Assembly: GCA_965216615.1 (NCBI GenBank)
Contig: CBDCGH010000013.1
Location: forward strand, 6,307-70,306
Direction of reading: 5' to 3'
Length of the DNA stretch: 64,000 nt
DNA from: Vicinamibacterales bacterium
GTDB lineage: Bacteria > Acidobacteriota > Vicinamibacteria > Vicinamibacterales > UBA8438
Shown: positions 59,176 to 64,000 of the stretch, piece by piece
Numbering within the stretch: the first letter of the stretch is position 1
How the letters are laid out: the number at the start of each line of letters is the position of its first letter
Translations under genes and position numbers: made by a program
The notes under the pieces: generated by a model
Seen by the model: the letters and a program-made list of their open reading frames with translations, nothing else
Databases searched by the model: none
Told to the model about the DNA's origin: nothing

Positions 59176-59646
59176 CTACTTGCTACCTTCTCCCTTCTTC
59201 TTCTTCTGAACTCTCTTGCGCTCCCTCTCCCGTGCTCGCCGCGCGTCGAACGACAGCGCACCGGGTCCCGCGAGCATGAGACACACGAGTGCGCTGAGCC
59301 TGAGCACGTCGAACTCGGCACCATGCGCGACACCTGACGCGAGCGACCAGTTGAGAAAGAAGCCGTTGGGATAGTAGAGGAGACTGCCAATCGCGACGGT
59401 CGAGCTCCCGACGAGCAGCCCCGTCCACATCGTGTAGGCGCCGGCGATGAGGAGTCCACCGCCGACGACCTCCGCAAGTCCGCTGCCCACTGTCACGAGG
59501 TATGCGGAGCCGACCCCCGCGGTTTCGAGAACCGCGGCCGTCAGCTGCGGACTACCGTCCCAAATGGGAAACAGCTTCTGAAGACCGTGAGTGATGTAGA
59601 CGACACCCACCGTTACGCGCAGCGTGAGAAGGCCGAGACCTCGCAT
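59176..59646 (-). CDS. DoxX family membrane protein
   Basis: LRVTVGVVYITHGLQKL, EVVGG, GPGALSFD. Confidence 0.85.
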   Translation of the reverse strand: MRGLGLLTLRVTVGVVYITHGLQKLFPIWDGSPQLTAAVLETAGVGSAYLVTVGSGLAEVVGGGLLIAGAYTMWTGLLVGSSTVAIGSLLYYPNGFFLNWSLASGVAHGAEFDVLRLSALVCLMLAGPGALSFDARRARERERKRVQKKKKGEGSK

Positions 59647-59662
59647 CTGCCCGCCCGGGCTC

Positions 59663-60085
59663 CTACGAGGTCGTCGGTGCCTTCGCGACCCGCGGGCTGA
59701 TGATCTCGTCGATCAGGAAGACGTCGGTCAAGAGCGCCCGTATATGAATCATCGCGTTCAGGTTATCGATCATCTGGGAGCTGATCGCCTGCTGCGCCAG
59801 CACGAGCTGAACGGCGGCCAGGGCGTCGCCAGCGTCGCGCCTGAGCACCTCGATGAATGTGCGGTAGCGCTCCGGCTGCTCGAAGCTCTGCTCGTCAACG
59901 GTCCGCTGAAACAAATCGGCGAGCTCTGAAAGGGCGCCCTCGCATCGCTGCAGGAATTCACGAACCTGCCCCGACGACTTGACCGCCTGTTCGCCGGACA
60001 CACCTTGTGCGGCGTATGCGAGAAAGAGCTCGTAGCTCTCTTCAATGGTGTCGATGCGAGCTTGCAGCTCGTCGGTGACGCTCAC
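59663..60085 (-). CDS. Hypothetical alpha-helical protein in the XDH-family operon
   Basis: 140 aa with a 4-nt overlap with the cytochrome b gene; IEESYELFLAYAAQG. Confidence 0.65.
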   Translation of the reverse strand: MSVTDELQARIDTIEESYELFLAYAAQGVSGEQAVKSSGQVREFLQRCEGALSELADLFQRTVDEQSFEQPERYRTFIEVLRRDAGDALAAVQLVLAQQAISSQMIDNLNAMIHIRALLTDVFLIDEIISPRVAKAPTTS

Positions 60086-60921
60086 CCTTCGCCGGATTTC
60101 CGCGACACGACCCAGCGACTGGGATCATGGTGGTCAAGATACTGGTCGCGGTCGACGTGGCCGAACACCATCGACTTGAGCATCCAGAGCTTGTCTGGAC
60201 GGATCGCAAAGTAGATGTGTGTGATCGTGAGCAGAACGAACAACGCTCCGCCCAGCCCATGAACGGCATACATCAGTCCCCACGTCTCGTCGGCCAGCAG
60301 GTATGCGTTGCGCGCCACCAGCGGAGTGTCGATCCGATAGAGCATCACGAGCCCGGTTGCAATGACAGCCAACCCGGCGACCATGACAGCCGTGTGATAC
60401 AGCTTGTGGTCGAGCGGATACTTGGCGTGCTTCGGCACGTCCACGTCCTGACCCAGCTGCCGCTTCACCCGCTTGATCGCTTCGCCGATATCACTCGGCC
60501 CGAGCCAGATCGACCAGAAGTCGAGAAAGAACGTGGCGTGAATCATGTGGTACACCACCGAGATCGTCAGCAGCACCCCGGACACCCAGTGAATCGTCAG
60601 CCAGGCGAACTGAATGCCAATGAGCGGCAAGAAGCCAGTCACAAGAAGCGCAAGCATCGATGCCGCCATGATCCAGTGGAAGGCACGAGCGGCGCCGTTG
60701 TGCCGAGTGATCTTCTCCGGAACCGACGCGGCGTCTGCGTCGCCTCCGCCGGCACCCGCGGTATGCGCCCTGGCCAGCTTGGGCACCCACACCGCCGCGT
60801 ACACGACATGAAACGCGACAAACGCCACAGCGGCCCAGAAGCACAAGTAGAGGACGTCCAGCCCGACCCGAACGAGAACTTCTTGTCCCCAGGGATTCGT
60901 ACCGTACTCAAAGAGTTCCAT
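60082..60921 (-). CDS. Di-heme cytochrome b (FdnI/HyaC-like)
   Basis: RAFHWIMA, IHWVSG, KYPLDHKL, AVHGLGG, THIYFA. Confidence 0.82.
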   Translation of the reverse strand: MELFEYGTNPWGQEVLVRVGLDVLYLCFWAAVAFVAFHVVYAAVWVPKLARAHTAGAGGGDADAASVPEKITRHNGAARAFHWIMAASMLALLVTGFLPLIGIQFAWLTIHWVSGVLLTISVVYHMIHATFFLDFWSIWLGPSDIGEAIKRVKRQLGQDVDVPKHAKYPLDHKLYHTAVMVAGLAVIATGLVMLYRIDTPLVARNAYLLADETWGLMYAVHGLGGALFVLLTITHIYFAIRPDKLWMLKSMVFGHVDRDQYLDHHDPSRWVVSRKSGEG

Positions 60922-60930
60922 CTTTAGGCC

Positions 60931-61932
60931 TCAAGCTTCAATGCTGCGAATCGACCGTTTGACCAGGTTCCGGAGCAACGCCACCTTGTAGCCGTTGTGG
61001 GCCAGCGGCTTCGCGCCCGCCGTCGCCGCCTGCCCCGCACGCTCCGCCAGGTCCTCTGAAACCGACTGGCCCCGCACCACGTCCTCGACCGCCGTCAGCC
61101 GGATCGGCGTCGGCGCCATCCCGTTCACCACCACCCGCAGGTCCTCGACCACCCCGCCCGAGACCGTCGCCGCCCGCGCCACGCTCCCTAGCGCAAAATC
61201 CCACACCGCCCGGTCCCGACTCTTCTCGAAGTAGAACGACGCGCCCGCCCAGGTCGCCGGCACCCGAATCAGCGTCAGCAGGTCCCCGGGCGCCAACACC
61301 GTCATCCGCTCGATGTCCACCTGCGGGCCCACAAAATAGTCCGCCGCCGCCACCGTCCGCGACCCGCCCTGGTTCTCCACCACCAGCTCCGCGTCCAGCG
61401 CCACCAACGCCGGCGCCGTATCCGACGGGTTCACCGCCACACACCGGCTCGCCCCCAGCACACAGTGCTCCCGGTTCATCGCCGTCGGGGTATCCGCGTA
61501 GCAGATGTTCCCGCCCGCCCGGTAGCAGTTCCACCCGTCCCGGTAATACCAGCACCGCGTGTCCTGGCTCAGGTTGCCCCCCAGCGTCCCCTGGTTCCGG
61601 ATCTGCGGGGACGCCACCAGCGCCGCCGCCTCCGCCAGCACCCCAAACGACTCGCGCACCGTGGCATCCGCCGCCACCGCACTCAACGTCGCCATCGCCC
61701 CGATCTCCACGCCGCCATTCGCCGCGCGGATCTCACTCAGCGACGCCACCGCCCCCAGGTCCACCACCGCTGCTGGCCGCTGCACCCGGTCCTTCAGCCA
61801 ATCCCACGTGTCCAGCCCCCCGGCCAGCACCCACGCGTCGGCCCCGTAGCGGTCCAACACCCCCAGCGCCTCCGCGGTCGTCGTAGGCTGGAAAAGCTCG
61901 AAAGCCGGCATGTTGTCGCGAATTACGGCCAT
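60931..61932 (-). CDS. Xanthine dehydrogenase family FAD-binding subunit (PaoB/YagS-like, with Cys-rich insert)
   Basis: LAGGLD, SPQIRNQGTLGGNL, RCWYYR...CYRAGGNIC...C, PSDTAPAL, AVWDFAL, NGYKV. Confidence 0.9.
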   Translation of the reverse strand: MAVIRDNMPAFELFQPTTTAEALGVLDRYGADAWVLAGGLDTWDWLKDRVQRPAAVVDLGAVASLSEIRAANGGVEIGAMATLSAVAADATVRESFGVLAEAAALVASPQIRNQGTLGGNLSQDTRCWYYRDGWNCYRAGGNICYADTPTAMNREHCVLGASRCVAVNPSDTAPALVALDAELVVENQGGSRTVAAADYFVGPQVDIERMTVLAPGDLLTLIRVPATWAGASFYFEKSRDRAVWDFALGSVARAATVSGGVVEDLRVVVNGMAPTPIRLTAVEDVVRGQSVSEDLAERAGQAATAGAKPLAHNGYKVALLRNLVKRSIRSIEA

Positions 61933-62003
61933 TGGTCTCGTCTCCCTCTATTACTCACTCGCTCCTGGGTTCACACCCGCGCTTCAACTGTTCGCCAACC
62001 AGC

Positions 62004-64000
62004 CTACGCGTGCGCCGTCAGCTTCGAATACGGCTCAGGCAGCCCTTCGAGCCTGGTCAGGATCATGTCCGTCATGATCGGTGACCGGTTGAAATACTCG
62101 TCGCCGAGCGCATCGGCAATCGCGCAGATCACGGCTCCGCAGCCCGCCCCTTGCGACGGCTCTCCGATCCCGCGTGCCCCCAATGGGCTGAACGGATCGG
62201 GCTCACCGGCCGCGACCCAATCCATCTCATGCTCGGTCGGGACGTCGAGCATCGTGGGCGGTCGATTCGAATAGAACCGCTTCGAGACGTGCAAGCCCCA
62301 ACGTTTGTCGTAGACCCACTTCTGGCCGAGCGCAGAGCCGAAGCCCTGAATGCCCCCACCGTGCAGCTGGGCGGCGAAGGTTCGCGGGTTGAGAATGGTT
62401 CCCGCATCGGACGCGCACTTGTAGTCCTTGAGTTTGATCGCCCCCGTCTCGGTGTCGACCTCGACCTCAGCGAACCCGATGGCATACGACATGTTCCGGC
62501 CGCCGGTCTCGAAGTTGTCCTTGGCGATCCCCATCAGCCCAAGCCCAGCGAGAGCCGTGCCCGCCGTCGTGGTCATCTCGTTGATGTCCTCGGGCAGCTC
62601 GTGTCCGTCGTATTTGCCACCGAGCGCAATGGCTCGCTGCGCTGCGCGCGCGAAGGTCAGGCCTTGCGACCGGTTCCCGCGCCGAAACACGCGACCGTCC
62701 GCGACGTCGTAGCTCTCAGCCGACCCGCCGAGATCGCGTGCGGCAATCTCCTGCAGCTTTCGCTTGGCGTCGAGTCCCGCCGCCCAGTTCGCGCGAGAGT
62801 GCGCGTGGGTGGTCATCGACCCTGCCTGTATCGAACTCCACGGAAGGTGCTTGCTGGAGTCGCCCCAGATAACCTCGGCCTGATCCCAATCGGTCTGCAA
62901 CGCTTCCATCGCGGCCCGCGCCGTATCGAAGACGGACCCGGTGCCAAGGTTGCCAGTCCCCTGTTGGATATAGACCCTGCCGTCGGGACGGATGGTGAGC
63001 AACCCGTCCATCCCTGAAACACCCGCAGCATACGAGCTCAGCGCCACGCCGATGCCCGTCACCTTCGATCCGTTGCGCTGGCCGCTCTTGGCCTTCATGC
63101 CCTCCCAGTCGAACTGAGTAATGGCCTTGTCCACCGCTTCAACCACGAAGGCGCTCGACGTGTTGCCCTGCTGGCCTTGGCGCGGGCGACCGAAGACCTG
63201 CTGGCCGACCGGCGCGTTGATCTTCATCAGCTCCAGCTGGTCGACACCGAGCTGCTTGGCGGCCTTCTGCATCAACGGCGCAACCATCCCCACGACCTGG
63301 ACGCCGCCCGGTGCTCGCTGCGCCATCCGCGGCGGCGTGTTCGTAAAGACAGACACGCCGCGAAGGCGAATGTTCGGCGGGGTATACATCAGCGACGCCT
63401 GTTCGGTCATCGCGTTGTAGTCCCCTTGCGCCCCATAGGGCCCGTTGTCCTGAACCGCAAAAAAGTCGATTGCGGTCACCCGGCCATTGCTCTTGAAGCC
63501 AATCCGAATCCGCGCGGCGATGCCGGGTCGTGCCCGGCCAATGAAGTTCTCCTCCATCCGGTTGATCCGCATCATGACCGGCTTGCCCGCCTTCTTCGAC
63601 AGCAAGCCCGGAATCCCGCTGGTGATCGACCCGAAGATCTTGCTCCCGAACCCGCCGCCGCAGTACTCGGTGATCAACACGACGTCTTCTGGCTCGACAC
63701 CGACCCACCGTGCCGCGGGGGCGTGGGTCCGAGCCGCACTCTGCGTGGACACATGGAGGTAGCACTTGCCGTTCTGCCAGTACGCCATTGCCGACCGGCT
63801 CTCGAGCGGCTGATGTGACGTTGACTGGTGAAACGTCGACTCGTCAATCACGAGGTCGGCCTCGGCCAACCCGGCTTCGACGTCGCCCACTTCCCAATCT
63901 TCGATAACCTCGCCGGTGGTCGGCAAGGTGCCGGCATCAATTTGACTCCAGTCAACGTTGTTCCACTTGACCTCCGTGAACTCACGTCCGCTCATCGTGT
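62004..64000 (-). CDS. Xanthine dehydrogenase family molybdopterin-binding subunit, 5' end outside the window
   Basis: HQPLES, GGGFGSK, QRAPG, GTG, EVEVDTETG, GARGIGEP. Confidence 0.9.
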   Translation of the reverse strand, partial: TMSGREFTEVKWNNVDWSQIDAGTLPTTGEVIEDWEVGDVEAGLAEADLVIDESTFHQSTSHQPLESRSAMAYWQNGKCYLHVSTQSAARTHAPAARWVGVEPEDVVLITEYCGGGFGSKIFGSITSGIPGLLSKKAGKPVMMRINRMEENFIGRARPGIAARIRIGFKSNGRVTAIDFFAVQDNGPYGAQGDYNAMTEQASLMYTPPNIRLRGVSVFTNTPPRMAQRAPGGVQVVGMVAPLMQKAAKQLGVDQLELMKINAPVGQQVFGRPRQGQQGNTSSAFVVEAVDKAITQFDWEGMKAKSGQRNGSKVTGIGVALSSYAAGVSGMDGLLTIRPDGRVYIQQGTGNLGTGSVFDTARAAMEALQTDWDQAEVIWGDSSKHLPWSSIQAGSMTTHAHSRANWAAGLDAKRKLQEIAARDLGGSAESYDVADGRVFRRGNRSQGLTFARAAQRAIALGGKYDGHELPEDINEMTTTAGTALAGLGLMGIAKDNFETGGRNMSYAIGFAEVEVDTETGAIKLKDYKCASDAGTILNPRTFAAQLHGGGIQGFGSALGQKWVYDKRWGLHVSKRFYSNRPPTMLDVPTEHEMDWVAAGEPDPFSPLGARGIGEPSQGAGCGAVICAIADALGDEYFNRSPIMTDMILTRLEGLPEPYSKLTAHA

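Overview
High-GC bacterial chromosome segment. Its gene set resembles Acidobacteriota/Vicinamibacteria, but that assignment is inference only. I found no rRNA, tRNA, CRISPR array or transposase. In order, the window holds: a BON protein; a minus-strand cluster with an MtrA/DmsE-type decaheme cytochrome, MtrB-like porin, monoheme cytochrome c and NapC/NirT tetraheme; msrA and msrP; a flavin disulfide reductase; ggt; a DUF255 protein; an IDH-family enzyme; a PLP decarboxylase; trkAH; madLM; modABC with an HTH-TOBE regulator; a his operon; DUF1800/DUF1501; flp-cpaE-cpaF; a 1233-aa coiled-coil/PEGA protein; bshA; four minor pilins; two peptidases; and a xanthine-dehydrogenase-family locus with a cytochrome b. 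The best candidate for an undescribed system is a two-gene module present twice (580-3550 and 13952-17018): a POTRA-less Omp85-type barrel translationally coupled to an exported protein with HipA/PI3K-like kinase motifs. The ORF track misses or splits several real features: two probable selenoproteins (SelW/Rdx and OsmC-like, each with an in-frame UGA and SECIS-like hairpin), a His4 leader peptide with attenuator, an Flp pilin and two sigma54 promoters. Five genes are frameshifted by small indels or tandem duplications, which may be assembly artefacts.
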